From NCBI GenBank assembly GCA_963751455.1, contig CAVVUN010000003.1:128001-192000 (forward strand): a stretch of 64,000 nucleotides of DNA, written 5' to 3'. Below the pieces are notes generated by a model. That model was not told the origin of the DNA, searched no databases, and was given only the letters and a program-made list of their open reading frames with translations. The position numbers were made by a program, and so were the translations under genes. Every line of letters starts with the position of its first letter. Position 1 is the stretch's first letter. This document shows, piece after piece, positions 49,650 to 60,500 of this stretch. The DNA comes from Nitrospirota bacterium (GTDB lineage: Bacteria; Nitrospirota; UBA9217).

Positions 49650-51284
49650 TCAGGGTAAACACTGCCAGACAGCCATATCAAAATTGCTGTTGCTGTTTTG
49701 ACTGCTTCCCGCGACGACTATTCTGCCGTCCGGATTAAGAACAATAGCGCTTCCCGTATCGTCGCCGTTGCCGCCTGCTGCGCTATTGTGAACAAAAATT
49801 CCGTAATTGCTGAAATCTTCTACCGGCGTTCCATCCGAATTAAATGCCCAGATTACCATGTCTTTGCTGCCGGCAAAGTTTACGCTGCCGCCCGTTATAT
49901 AAATGCTGCCATCCCCCGACAGAGCAATGCCATTGCCCGTATCGTTCCCGTTGCTTCCGGCCGCGCCGTTGCTGATGACAACACCGTTGCCGTTAAAGTC
50001 AGGATCAAGCGAACCGTCTGCTTTGACCCGCCATGCGAGCATATCGATGTTGCCGACGCTGTTTCCGCTTGAGCCGGTAACAACGATCCTTCCTTGAGGG
50101 TCGATCGCGACCCCATTTGCGACGGCGTTGGAATTGGAACCCGAAAGGGCAGGGAGATCAACGATTCCCGAAGTATTGAAGGTTGTATCGAGCGCCCCAT
50201 CAGATTTGAAGCGCAAAACGACCATATCGGTAAAACCCGACGTGTTGACGCTGCTGCCGGCAACGACGATCCTGTCGTTCGCATCTATTGTAAGGGCTTT
50301 TCCGATATCGTCGCCATTACCTCTTGCCGCGCTGTTTTGAACGATAATTCCGCTGCCGTTTAGTCCCGTATCCACGGTCCCATTCGGGTTATACCGCCAG
50401 GCCGCGAGATCGAAATTGCCTGAGCTGTTTTTGCTGTATCCTGCAACGACAATTCGTTCCTGACCATCAATAACGACGGCATTCCCGCTATCATCGCCCT
50501 CGCCGCCTGCTGCGTTGTCGTGCCTGACATAACCGCTCGCGTTAAAGCTCGTATCGACGGTTCCGTCCTCGTTGAACCGCCATATCACCATGTCGGTATT
50601 CCCACCGCTCAGTCGGCTGCTGCCGGCAACAACGATCTTGCCGTACAAATCAAGGGCAACCGATTTGCCGTAGTCGGCTGCATTGTCAGTCGATGAGCTG
50701 TTACGGGTGACAAGACCGCTCCCGTTGAAAGTGCCATCCAGGGTTCCGTCAGCATTAAACCTCCAGACTGCCAGATCCACACCTCCCGAATTGTTTACGC
50801 TGCTTCCTGCAACAATTATTCGACCCTTGGGATCAATCGCAACCGCATTCCCGAAGTCATCCGAATTTTCTCCTGCAGCGTTGCTCTGTATGAGATACCC
50901 TTTCGGGTTGTTGAATGTCGGGTCTAACATTCCTCTGTTCATGCAGGACACTGACACATTCGTAATATTTGCAGAGAAAATTGTTCCGGAGCCGTTTGAA
51001 ACAAGGCACAGTTGTCCGATAGGATTGCTAAGGACAGTGACCGCATAGGAATTTCCGGCATTCACCCTGGCAGGAAATGTGAAAGAGCCGTTCGCGGTGA
51101 TCGTTACGTCGTCAGCCTTGTTGTTCTGCAGTACGAGCGTTCCTTGTAAACCGCTTACCGTGCCGCTGACTGAATATGGCATGGCTGCGGTCAAACTGCC
51201 GCCCCGCCCGTTGCCGCTGCCGGCACAGGCAGTTAAAGCGGCAACAGCGATAAACAGGCCCAGTACTCCGTGGTATTTTTTCAT
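49650..51284 (-). CDS. Delta-60 repeat lipoprotein
   Basis: Lipobox LTAC, YSVSGTVSGL.G.LVLQNN domain, about 7 repeats of D..GRIVVAG.S....D..VWRFN.DGTLD..FN. Confidence 0.85.
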   Translation of the reverse strand: MKKYHGVLGLFIAVAALTACAGSGNGRGGSLTAAMPYSVSGTVSGLQGTLVLQNNKADDVTITANGSFTFPARVNAGNSYAVTVLSNPIGQLCLVSNGSGTIFSANITNVSVSCMNRGMLDPTFNNPKGYLIQSNAAGENSDDFGNAVAIDPKGRIIVAGSSVNNSGGVDLAVWRFNADGTLDGTFNGSGLVTRNSSSTDNAADYGKSVALDLYGKIVVAGSSRLSGGNTDMVIWRFNEDGTVDTSFNASGYVRHDNAAGGEGDDSGNAVVIDGQERIVVAGYSKNSSGNFDLAAWRYNPNGTVDTGLNGSGIIVQNSAARGNGDDIGKALTIDANDRIVVAGSSVNTSGFTDMVVLRFKSDGALDTTFNTSGIVDLPALSGSNSNAVANGVAIDPQGRIVVTGSSGNSVGNIDMLAWRVKADGSLDPDFNGNGVVISNGAAGSNGNDTGNGIALSGDGSIYITGGSVNFAGSKDMVIWAFNSDGTPVEDFSNYGIFVHNSAAGGNGDDTGSAIVLNPDGRIVVAGSSQNSNSNFDMAVWQCLP

Positions 51285-51503
51285 CTTCCGCTCCTTTCTA
51301 TTACACTACCGGTGGTCTTTCGCCTCTCAGAAAAAATTGTGCAAACCTAAGTAGTATATATCTATCATGGGCGAGCATACAAATTGCTTACAGGATCAGT
51401 TCTCAGTAAATTTTTCATTACGGATTCCATTCTGCCCTATCCCTTTGTTTTTGAATGTTTAACGAGGCGAGCCTCAGACCGATAAAAAGACAAAAACCTT
51501 GGA

Positions 51504-51590
51504 ACCGCGAAGGAGCGACGGACGCGAAAATAAGATTAAAATTTAAGATGTTGCCTTAGATTTCCTTCGCGCTCTTAGCGCCTTGTCGGT
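51504..51590. repeat. Intergenic imperfect inverted repeat (9-nt-periodic REP-like)
   Basis: ACCGCGAAGGAGCGACGGACGCGAA ... TTCGCGCTCTTAGCGCCTTGTCGGT. Confidence 0.55.
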
Positions 51591-51696
51591 AAATGGTTTT
51601 ATTGGTTTTTTTGGCGGGTCGGAATTCAGAAGATTGGGATTACAGCGGATATTTCGAATGAACAGGTGGCTCTTGGTATTGGTTGAGGACTGGCAA

Positions 51697-54600
51697 CTAC
51701 GTTTCGGGCTGGGATGCTATCCGGGAATATACCTCTTCGGTTCTGGGGGAAGGATCAACGCCAAACCCGGCGGAGAGGACCTTTTTGCAGCGGCGGTACG
51801 TTTCTCTGGCCGCTGAAATTTGGCCGAGCTTACCATAGCAAGACATGAGTTCCTGATAGAGTTCTTCGTACTGATTGTCCCGCTCCAGACCTTTCTCAAG
51901 ATATTCTACCGCTTTTTCCTCATGCCCGGCCTTTTCAAGGCATTGCCCGCAGCGGACGATCGAATCCAGAAATTTCGTCCGCAGGCGCTCTCGAAGGGAG
52001 ATGGTCCATGGCTGCTCAATTTCGAGTTCGAGGAAGTGCCCTGCATACAAGCTCAAAATTTTGTCCGCGAAATGAATGGCCTGTTTCACGGATTCCTTCC
52101 TGGGTGCGCCCTGGAACACGTCTTTAGCCTGGCCGATAATATGTTCAAAAGCGAAAACGTCGACCCAGCAGCGCCGGGGATCAAGTGTGACCAGTCCTTC
52201 GTTCAGCAGAACTGCCTTATCGTCGCCTATCAGCCGGCGGAGCCGGTGGAGCGTGATTTCAAATGACTGGTGCGCCTGAGCGCCGTCGGAGTCCGGCCAG
52301 AGAGCGTCGATCAATCGTTGCCTGCTTACATCCGTGCCGCCGTATGCAATTATCGCCTTGAACAGCGACAGCAGCTTCTGTTGGCCTTTGCCTGAAAATT
52401 TCACCGGCACATCATCTTTAACAATTTGGAATTTTCCGAGTGTATAGATTTTCAGGGGCCAGGGCCAGTTTTCCAATTGCTGATTGCGGATTTCGGATTG
52501 CGGATTTAATTGCATTACGTCAGGAGGCGTTAAATTGCGTTTTTTGATAAGTTCGCGCACATAGTCTGTTTCGATCCCTGCCTCCAAAGCCTTTGTACAG
52601 AGGAAGGACACACGGTCGGGAAGCCATGACGCATTGCTCGCAAAGCCCTGTTTTCTGCCGATCGTCATCGCCCTGGTGAGGGCTTTCAGTCCTGCCGCTA
52701 TTTCACGCTTTCTCAGAAAATACCAGGCCTCGGTCATCAGGCTGCAGTATTCCGCTGTCTTGCAGTTTATCGAGACGGCGATAGCTTTTGCCTTTGCAAG
52801 ACAGGCCAGCCCCTCCTTCCTTTCTTTGCGTTCGAGCAGAATCAGGCCGAGCGCAAAAAAAGACTGCGCCATGTAAAAAGGCGCTCCGGATTTTGATGCA
52901 AAGGTAAAAGCATTTTGAGAATGCTCATAGGCCGCAGCGGTATCTCCCCGGAAAAGCGCCGCGAGGCCTGAAAAATGGTGATAATAGCCGATCAAGTTCA
53001 TTGAATCGGAGCGATTAATGGCGGATTTCATTCCTTCAAGAAACACCAGCGCCTCTTCTGATTTTCCCGTTATGACGCTTATAGCCGCTCCGGCGCCGAA
53101 TAACATGAAATCCCAGATATGAATCCCGTTTTCATCCGCGGTCCTCAGCCCCTCATTGACCGCAAGCATGCAATTTTCGTGATCGGCCTTCATCCAGTGA
53201 TACGTGGCCTCGATGGCGCGCCAAACAATGAAAGACAGAGGGTCAACTTCCCGGTTCCGGATCGACGACTTCAGTCCGTCGATAAGCAATTTGGCTTTTA
53301 CAAGATCTCCGGTCCACCACGTAAAATAGAGGATGAGTTGGCTGCTCAACTTCGATTGCAAACGAATGTCGCAGCTGCCGAGCACCGCATCTTCTACCCG
53401 GCGCGCCCACTGCGGAAGGTCCGGGTGATGGGGCTGGCGATACATAAGAGCGCAGAATATGCCTTCGATGCCCCGGGCGGCAATCTCCGGAGAGGGATAT
53501 TCCGGATATTCACGTTGAAGCGCCTCGAACTCCGCAATCCATGCATCAAGCGGAGCGAAGCTTCCTCCGCTATAAACAAACGTATCGACAATCCCGGACC
53601 AGGATAGATACAGCCCCGAAGCTTCTTTTTGGCGCTTGAACATCTGGAAAGCCCGGTCGAGATAATCTCTGCTTTCAACAAGACTGAACGGCATTCTCGA
53701 AAGGCCCGTCCAGTAAAGGAGCCAGGGATTGTTATTGACAATCTCTTTCGGAAGACCAGCCAGCCATTCCTGGAGCGTCTTCCCCCTGCCTTCCCTAATA
53801 AGCGACTGAGCATGACCGAGTATCAATCGGACGAGCCCTTCCCAATCCCGGGCATCCCGGAGAAAAAGGTACGCCTGTTCGATCTGTCCCGATTGCTCCA
53901 GGAGAATGGCGGCATTCCCCAGAATCACGGCGCGCTCCTCTGAACTCAGAAGACTTTTCATCTTCATCAGGAGGAACTCTCTGAACAGGGAATGATAGTG
54001 GTAAACAGGATTTTCTTCGGTTCGCTTTTCAATGAAGTAGTGGCTTCTGTGGAGCTGGGACAGGATCTCCCCAGATGTGCGGACCCCCGTCAGCCTTTCG
54101 GCTGTCTGCGGAGTCATCGACGGCAGGACCGAGCTCTTCAGCAGAAATTCCCGCGTTACGGCATCCGTCTTCTCGAAAATCTCGGTTGCAAAATAATCAA
54201 AAACGGTTTCCGGCACCAGCCTGGTCAGCGTGGCTGGATCGATGCCTGCTCGTTTCGTGCCCTCCACAAAGAGTACGAGGCCTGCCATCCATCCTTCGGT
54301 CTTCCGGTATACCTCCGCAAGCGTCTCGTCAGTCAGATTTGCCTGTCCACATGTTCGAACAACTTCACGGGATTCCTCCGGTGTGAAGCGTATCTCGCTC
54401 CATCCGACGGACCCGATCTTGTTATTCGCGCGCAAACGGGCAAACTGCCGCGGCGGCTCATTCCTGCTCAGTATAATCACATTGATCCCCGGAGGGATCA
54501 CTTCAATGCCGGAGACAACCATTTCGTGGAAATTCGGGCCATCCGAGACGTCCTGGTAATTGTCAAATACGATAGTGAAGGGAGTGTTGAATCGCTCGCA

Positions 54601-54954
54601 GAGATTTTCAAAGTAACGTTTGGTAAAAGTGGGGATCCCCTGTAGATATTCAGTGGTCAAGAGCGGGAGAGGCGTTCGATTATGGGAAGACACTTTCGCG
54701 GCGGCGCGGCCCGCATAACTGAAAAAGGTTGCGATGTCCGCGTCTCCCTGGTCCACAACATACCAGATGCAGGCCAGATTTCGGGCGTCGAGATAGCTGG
54801 AGACGAGAGTTGTTTTCCCCGATCCCGCAGGCCCGGACACCCAGACGACGGTCCGCTTTCGACCGTCGTCAAGCAGACGAAAGAGTCTTTCCCGTTGGAA
54901 AACTCCGGAAACTGTCGGTCTCGTAATCTTGGTTGTCGGCGGGCGTTCCTGCAT
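51697..54954 (-). CDS. MalT-like STAND NTPase / helical repeats / wHTH-BTAD transcriptional regulator
   Basis: TKITRP..RERL, GPAGSGKTT, VFDNYQ, TEGWMAGL, YHSLFREFL, WPWPLKIYTLG, LWPD, WVDVFAF, PS..T. Start placed at MQERPP. Confidence 0.88.
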   Translation of the reverse strand: MQERPPTTKITRPTVSGVFQRERLFRLLDDGRKRTVVWVSGPAGSGKTTLVSSYLDARNLACIWYVVDQGDADIATFFSYAGRAAAKVSSHNRTPLPLLTTEYLQGIPTFTKRYFENLCERFNTPFTIVFDNYQDVSDGPNFHEMVVSGIEVIPPGINVIILSRNEPPRQFARLRANNKIGSVGWSEIRFTPEESREVVRTCGQANLTDETLAEVYRKTEGWMAGLVLFVEGTKRAGIDPATLTRLVPETVFDYFATEIFEKTDAVTREFLLKSSVLPSMTPQTAERLTGVRTSGEILSQLHRSHYFIEKRTEENPVYHYHSLFREFLLMKMKSLLSSEERAVILGNAAILLEQSGQIEQAYLFLRDARDWEGLVRLILGHAQSLIREGRGKTLQEWLAGLPKEIVNNNPWLLYWTGLSRMPFSLVESRDYLDRAFQMFKRQKEASGLYLSWSGIVDTFVYSGGSFAPLDAWIAEFEALQREYPEYPSPEIAARGIEGIFCALMYRQPHHPDLPQWARRVEDAVLGSCDIRLQSKLSSQLILYFTWWTGDLVKAKLLIDGLKSSIRNREVDPLSFIVWRAIEATYHWMKADHENCMLAVNEGLRTADENGIHIWDFMLFGAGAAISVITGKSEEALVFLEGMKSAINRSDSMNLIGYYHHFSGLAALFRGDTAAAYEHSQNAFTFASKSGAPFYMAQSFFALGLILLERKERKEGLACLAKAKAIAVSINCKTAEYCSLMTEAWYFLRKREIAAGLKALTRAMTIGRKQGFASNASWLPDRVSFLCTKALEAGIETDYVRELIKKRNLTPPDVMQLNPQSEIRNQQLENWPWPLKIYTLGKFQIVKDDVPVKFSGKGQQKLLSLFKAIIAYGGTDVSRQRLIDALWPDSDGAQAHQSFEITLHRLRRLIGDDKAVLLNEGLVTLDPRRCWVDVFAFEHIIGQAKDVFQGAPRKESVKQAIHFADKILSLYAGHFLELEIEQPWTISLRERLRTKFLDSIVRCGQCLEKAGHEEKAVEYLEKGLERDNQYEELYQELMSCYGKLGQISAARETYRRCKKVLSAGFGVDPSPRTEEVYSRIASQPET

Positions 54955-55281
54955 GACCTCATTTCCAACAACTGGAGCTCCTCCTGCAAGGAGCCGCGGT
55001 TTTCTGAAATTAACGCAGCCTCCCGCTTGCACCCAGCGTTTGCGCCTGCGCAGCGGGAGAGCAGGGTGCTGTCGCGTCTCACCCCATTGTGGGCCAGAAT
55101 CGCCAATTTTACAAGAACGAATATCGGAAATCAGGCTGAGAATTCTGTCATCAACTTTACCTTGACACACCCATTCGCATAATAACATCTCAAAGCGGCG
55201 CGTGACCTGTGTGTTCAAACTTCTACCGGGAGTTGCCAATATTATCTTTTGATCGCCTTAACACTTCGTAGGTGAAACAAA

Positions 55282-55310
55282 TAAAGGCTGCTGTTGTCCA
55301 GCAACCTTTA
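55282..55310 (-). terminator. Hairpin downstream of aconitase
   Basis: TAAAGGCTGCTG-ttgtc-CAGCAACCTTTA. Confidence 0.5.
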
Positions 55311-55346
55311 ATTATTGAGTGATACTATGCCGGAGCTTGATTTAAC

Positions 55347-57284
55347 TTACGTGCTCTGCGCTCTTGTGTAATTTAGCATCCCGCCCGCAAGAAGAATGTC
55401 CCTCTGTCTTGCGCTTAAGGAATATTTGAGCGTGATGGTTTTCCCGCCTGATGTTTTCAAGACAAGGTCCGTGCCCTTCGCGAGGGCGGCCTTTATGTCG
55501 CTGATCTCAACTTTATCATTCGCTGCTACTACGTCATAATCCGCTTCACTCGCAAAGGTGAGCGGCAGAATGCCGAAATTGATCAGGTTTGCGGCATGGA
55601 TCCGCTCGAACGACTTCGCGACGACCGCCCTCACGCCTAGGTACATCGGGCAGATCGCGGCATGCTCGCGGCTTGAACCCTGTCCGTAGCTTGCCCCGGC
55701 AATAACAATATTATGTGTTCCTGCCTTCTTGTTCTCGAGCGCATGCTTGGAGAAGGTCGCATCCACTCCCTCGAACACGAACTCTGCGTATTTCGGAATG
55801 TTCGACCGGTACTTCAATCTCGATCCTGCGGGCATGATATGGTCCGTCGTTATTTTGTCACCGACCTTGATAGTGACGATTCCTTTAATAGCATCCGGAA
55901 GAGCTTCCGCTGCGGGCGGATCTCCGATATTCGGTCCCCGCGAGATCGTGATTGACAACGGATCCTTCGAGGGAGGGAGAATCATCGAATCATCGATCCA
56001 GAATTCCGATGGAATTTCGATTGCCGGATATGGTATGCCGAGCTCGCGCGGGTCAGTGATCGCGCCGGTAAGGGCGGCAGCAACCGCTGCTTCCGAGCTT
56101 GCAAGAAATACTTTCGCGCTCTTCGTTCCAGAGCGCCCTTCGAAATTACGGTTGCTTGTCCGGATCGATACTGCGTCTGTTTTGGGCGCCTGGCCCGCGC
56201 CTATGCAGAAACCGCACGTCGATTCCAGCACCCGGGCGCCGGCCGAGACGATGTCGGCAAGCGCGCCGTTTTTTGCAATCATCTCCATCACCTGCCGGGA
56301 CCCCGGTGCAACCCCGAAACTTACGTCCGAGAACACCCGCCTGCCTTTGAGCATCGAAGCCACGATCATAAGATCACGATACGAAGAATTGGTGCATGAG
56401 CCCACCATTACCTGATCCACCTTGGTTCCCGCAAGCTCCTTCACGGTCCCGATGTTATCCGGCGAATGCGGCTTTGCCACCAACGGTTCCACTGTCCTGA
56501 GGTCAAGATCGATAACCTTGTGGTACTCTGCGTCAGTATCGGCCGCAAGCGCAACCCATTCGTTCTCCCTGCGCTGTGCCTTCAAAAACGCTTTGGTGAG
56601 CTCGTCGCTCGGAAAAACAGAGGTTGTCACACCGAGTTCCGCGCCCATGTTCGTAATGGTCGCGCGTTCCGGCACGGTCAGGGTTTTTACACCATCCCCG
56701 CCGTATTCGATGACGGTCCCCACATTGCCTTTGGTGGTCAGCATTCTCAGAATAGTGAGAATAACATCCTTTGACGATACCCACGGCTGCAGCCTGCCGG
56801 TGAGGTTGACTTTTACCACTTTGGGGCAGGTCAGATAGAATGCTCCGCCGCCCATCGCGACCGCGACATCAAGACCGCCCGCGCCGATCGCGATCATGCC
56901 GATGCCGCCGCCGGTCGGCGTGTGAGAATCGGAACCCAGAAGCGTCTTGCCGGGCCTTCCGAAACGCTCGAGATGAACCTGGTGACAGATGCCGTTTCCC
57001 GCCTTTGAGTAGTAAACACCGTATCGTGATGCCACGGTTTGAAGGTACCTGTGGTCGTCGGCGTTTTCGAACCCGTCCTGGAGCGTGTTGTGATCAACGT
57101 AGCTTACCGAAAGTTCCGTCATTGCCCTCGGCACGCCCATCGCCTCGAATTGAAGGTACGTCATGGTGCCGGTAGCATCCTGCGTAAGGGTCTGGTCGAT
57201 TTTTATCGCGATCTCCGAACCCGCCTCAAGGTTGCCCTCTACCAGATGCGATTCGAGTATTTTATAAACGAGATTTTTCCCCAT
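55347..57284 (-). CDS. Aconitate hydratase (short, Aquifex-like type)
   Basis: TQDATGT, GICHQV, GSDSHT, GSCTN, CGFCIG, NRNFEGR, TTDHI, GSSREHA. Confidence 0.93.
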   Translation of the reverse strand: MGKNLVYKILESHLVEGNLEAGSEIAIKIDQTLTQDATGTMTYLQFEAMGVPRAMTELSVSYVDHNTLQDGFENADDHRYLQTVASRYGVYYSKAGNGICHQVHLERFGRPGKTLLGSDSHTPTGGGIGMIAIGAGGLDVAVAMGGGAFYLTCPKVVKVNLTGRLQPWVSSKDVILTILRMLTTKGNVGTVIEYGGDGVKTLTVPERATITNMGAELGVTTSVFPSDELTKAFLKAQRRENEWVALAADTDAEYHKVIDLDLRTVEPLVAKPHSPDNIGTVKELAGTKVDQVMVGSCTNSSYRDLMIVASMLKGRRVFSDVSFGVAPGSRQVMEMIAKNGALADIVSAGARVLESTCGFCIGAGQAPKTDAVSIRTSNRNFEGRSGTKSAKVFLASSEAAVAAALTGAITDPRELGIPYPAIEIPSEFWIDDSMILPPSKDPLSITISRGPNIGDPPAAEALPDAIKGIVTIKVGDKITTDHIMPAGSRLKYRSNIPKYAEFVFEGVDATFSKHALENKKAGTHNIVIAGASYGQGSSREHAAICPMYLGVRAVVAKSFERIHAANLINFGILPLTFASEADYDVVAANDKVEISDIKAALAKGTDLVLKTSGGKTITLKYSLSARQRDILLAGGMLNYTRAQST

Positions 57285-57580
57285 GCCTGCTCCTCGATTC
57301 CTTTTAACAATGATGCTGCATTATGATTTTCCGCGACATTATAGGGCAAGAGAGCTTGCAAGGCAAATCAAATTTAAGGCGGTCCCCTGACCAAATGGAA
57401 AGACTCGGACGAAGCCCAGGCTGCGTGCACGAATCGACGCAAAGGCTCATCATTCTTTATGAATATGTGATTTTTACCTTGATCGAAAATGAATCTTACG
57501 TTATCCTTGCGCTGTTTCCGCTGTCACCTATAATTTTTTAGGATTTTGCCGTCGAGCGCGGTCCTCTTCTGGAGTCACAG

Positions 57581-60500
57581 TTGGTAAAACAAATTCCCAT
57601 AGCCAAAATAAGCCGTCCCAATGCAAGCGGCGTTATTCCCCGCAAAAGACTTTTCCGGCTTCTCGACGGTGCGCGGAAGCAGCCGATTCTCTGGGTATCG
57701 GGGCCCGCAGGTTCCGGCAAGACCTCCCTCATCGCCGGCTATCTCGACGCGCGCAAGCTTCCGTGCCTGTGGTACCAGGCGGACGACCGCGACTCGGATA
57801 TCGCCTCGTTTTTCTATTACCTGGGTTTGGCAGCGAAAAAAGCCGCGCCCCGCTATCGCAAGCCCCTTCCTCTTTTGACCCCGGAATATCTCGGCGGGAT
57901 CGCAACGTTTACCCGGCGGTTCTTTGAAAATCTTTACACCAGATTAAAGCCTCCCTTTGCGGTTGTTTTCGATAATTACCAGGACGTGCCTGAAGAGGCC
58001 TTGTTTCACGGCGTCATGCAAAACGCATTGTCGCTTGTTCCCGAAGGCATCCATGTGTTTATCATAAGCAGGAACGAGCCGCCCGCCGCTTTTTCGCGCC
58101 TTCGTGCAAACGAAGCGATTCGGCTGGTCGGCTGGGATGAGCTCCGCTTTACGCTTGATGAAACGAAGCAATTCGTCAGGCGGAAAGTGAAGCTGACGGA
58201 AAACGCCGTCGCGGAACTGCATACGAAAACCGAGGGATGGGCCGCGGGCCTTGTGCTCCTCATGGAAGGCACAGCGGCGGAGAAGTCCGAATGTCCATCC
58301 GCGGGCGATCGCCTGCAGCCCGAAGTCTTCGATTATTTCGCAGGAGAAGTATTCAATAAACTTGACGACAAGACCAGGGATCTTCTGCTCGAAACCGCGT
58401 TCCTTCCGGCAATAACAGCCCGGCTTGCCGAAAACATGACCGGTCTCCACGATGCCGGAGCTATCCTGGCCGAACTGAACCGGAATAATTTCTTCACCGG
58501 AAAAATTTCGGGGCCCTTGCCGGCATACCGCTACCATCCGCTCTTCAAAACGTTCCTGCAAACGCGCGCTGCCGGGACGATGACCAGGGAGAGCATTGCG
58601 CGTCTCAGAATAAAAGCTGCTCACCTGCTGCTGAATGAAGGCCAGTTGGAGGACGCAATAGAGCTTCTTTGCGCCGCGCAGGATTGGAACGGCTTCATAG
58701 GGCTCATTCTCGGAAACGCGCAGCAACTTATGGCTCAGGGCAGAAACAGGACCCTCCAGGAATGGATCGAGCGGGTCCCCCGGGAAATGATCGCTTCGGT
58801 TCCCTGGCTCTTATTCTGGCAGGCGGTCTGCCGGGGGCCTTTCAACCCAATAGAAAGCCGGAGTGGTTTAGAAGCGGCGTTCGACCTATTCAAGAAGGAG
58901 GGCAATCGTCAAGGAGAGATTCTCGTCTGCCTGGGCATTCTGGATACCTATGCGGTCGCCTTCAGCGACTTCACCGGGGTGGACCGATGGATAAACGAAC
59001 TTGAAGAGATTGTCAAAGAGTGCGGCGGATTTCCCTCTTCGGAGCTTGAAATCCGCGCGACCTTTGCCTTGTTCACCATCCTGTATATGAGCCGTCCCGA
59101 TCATCCCCGGTTCCCGTTCTGGTTCGAGAGAGCCCGGTCTCTCATGCACTCTTGTCGCGATAACAGCCAGCGGGTGATCAATGCGACCTTTCTGCTGCAT
59201 TATTATTCATGGATCGGTTTTTCCGAGGACATGCCTGCCCTGATGCAGGACCTGCATCAGGCCATGAAGGCGCCCGATGTCCCGCCCGTAATCAGAATCA
59301 TGGGGCTCGTGATGAAGGCAATTCACGGGTGGTCCACAGCCTCGTATGAGGCGGGCCGGAAAGCGGTTGCCGAGGCGCTGGAGACAGCCCGCTACCACGG
59401 CATCCATCATTACGAAAGCAAACTCTACGCCCAGGACGTGTATCTTACGACCATAACAGGCGATTGCGCGGCATCATCACAGGCTTTGCAGAAGCTGGCC
59501 GCGACAACGAACTTCGACAATCCTCTTGATGCGAGCCACTATCATCTGCTCGCTTCCTTCGATGCTCGCTGCCGCGACGACTTCGCAGCGTCCCTGGAAC
59601 ACGCGCGCATTTCTCAAAAAACGGTGATTGAGGGCGGCGCACCATTTCCCCTTGCCTGGGGACTCTACAATCTGAGCCAGGCCCTCTTCCACACCGGCGA
59701 TATTTCCGGGGCTCGTGAATGCCTGGAAAAAGCGCTTCAGATCGGCCGCATGATGAAGAGCGTTATGCTCGAATTCTCCTGTTTGCTTTTGAAAGCCATG
59801 TTCGCGTTTTCCGAAAAAAGCGGCGAGTCCGACGCCGAGGCCCTGACGATGCTCCGCCGCGCCCTCTCACTGGGCAAGAAGCATACGATCATGAATATAG
59901 GCGGGTGGCGGCGTAAGACTCTGTCCGGGCTCTGTGCAAGAGCGCTTGACGCCGGCATTGAACGGGAATTTACATTGCAGCTCATCAAGGCTCACAATCT
60001 CGAGCCTGACGATCCGGTGAACACGGGCGAAAGCTGGCCCTGGCCGCTCAGGATCGTCACGCTGGGCAGGTTCGAGGTGCTGAAGGATGGCAAACGCGCG
60101 GACTCCGGTCGCAAAGTGCAGCACAAGCCGCTCATGCTGTTCAAGGCCCTCATTGCGTTCGGAGGCAGCGAAGTCCCGGAAGAAAAGATCACGGACCTCC
60201 TCTGGCCGGACTCGGAGGGCGACGCGGCGCACAGCGCCTTCTCAACCACGCTTCAGAGACTGCGTGCCCTCGTCGGTTACGACAAAGCGCTGTTCCTGAA
60301 CGAGAGACGGCTGTCCCTTGATCCTCGCTTCTGCCATGTGGACGCCTGGTCCTTTGAGCGGATGCATGAACGGGCCGAGTCCCTGTGGAGGAGTGTTCCC
60401 GACGAGAGCGGCGGAAAACGGCCGGGAACCACGGCGGAAGCATACCGACACGGAGAAAAAGCACTCGAGCTTTACCAGGGTTCCTTTTTGCCCGGTGACG

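Noticed and set aside
54955-55239. 95-aa N-terminal extension of the STAND regulator given by the ORF track
   Set aside because: Paralogues begin at the KI.RP motif, and the extension overlaps a repeat element.
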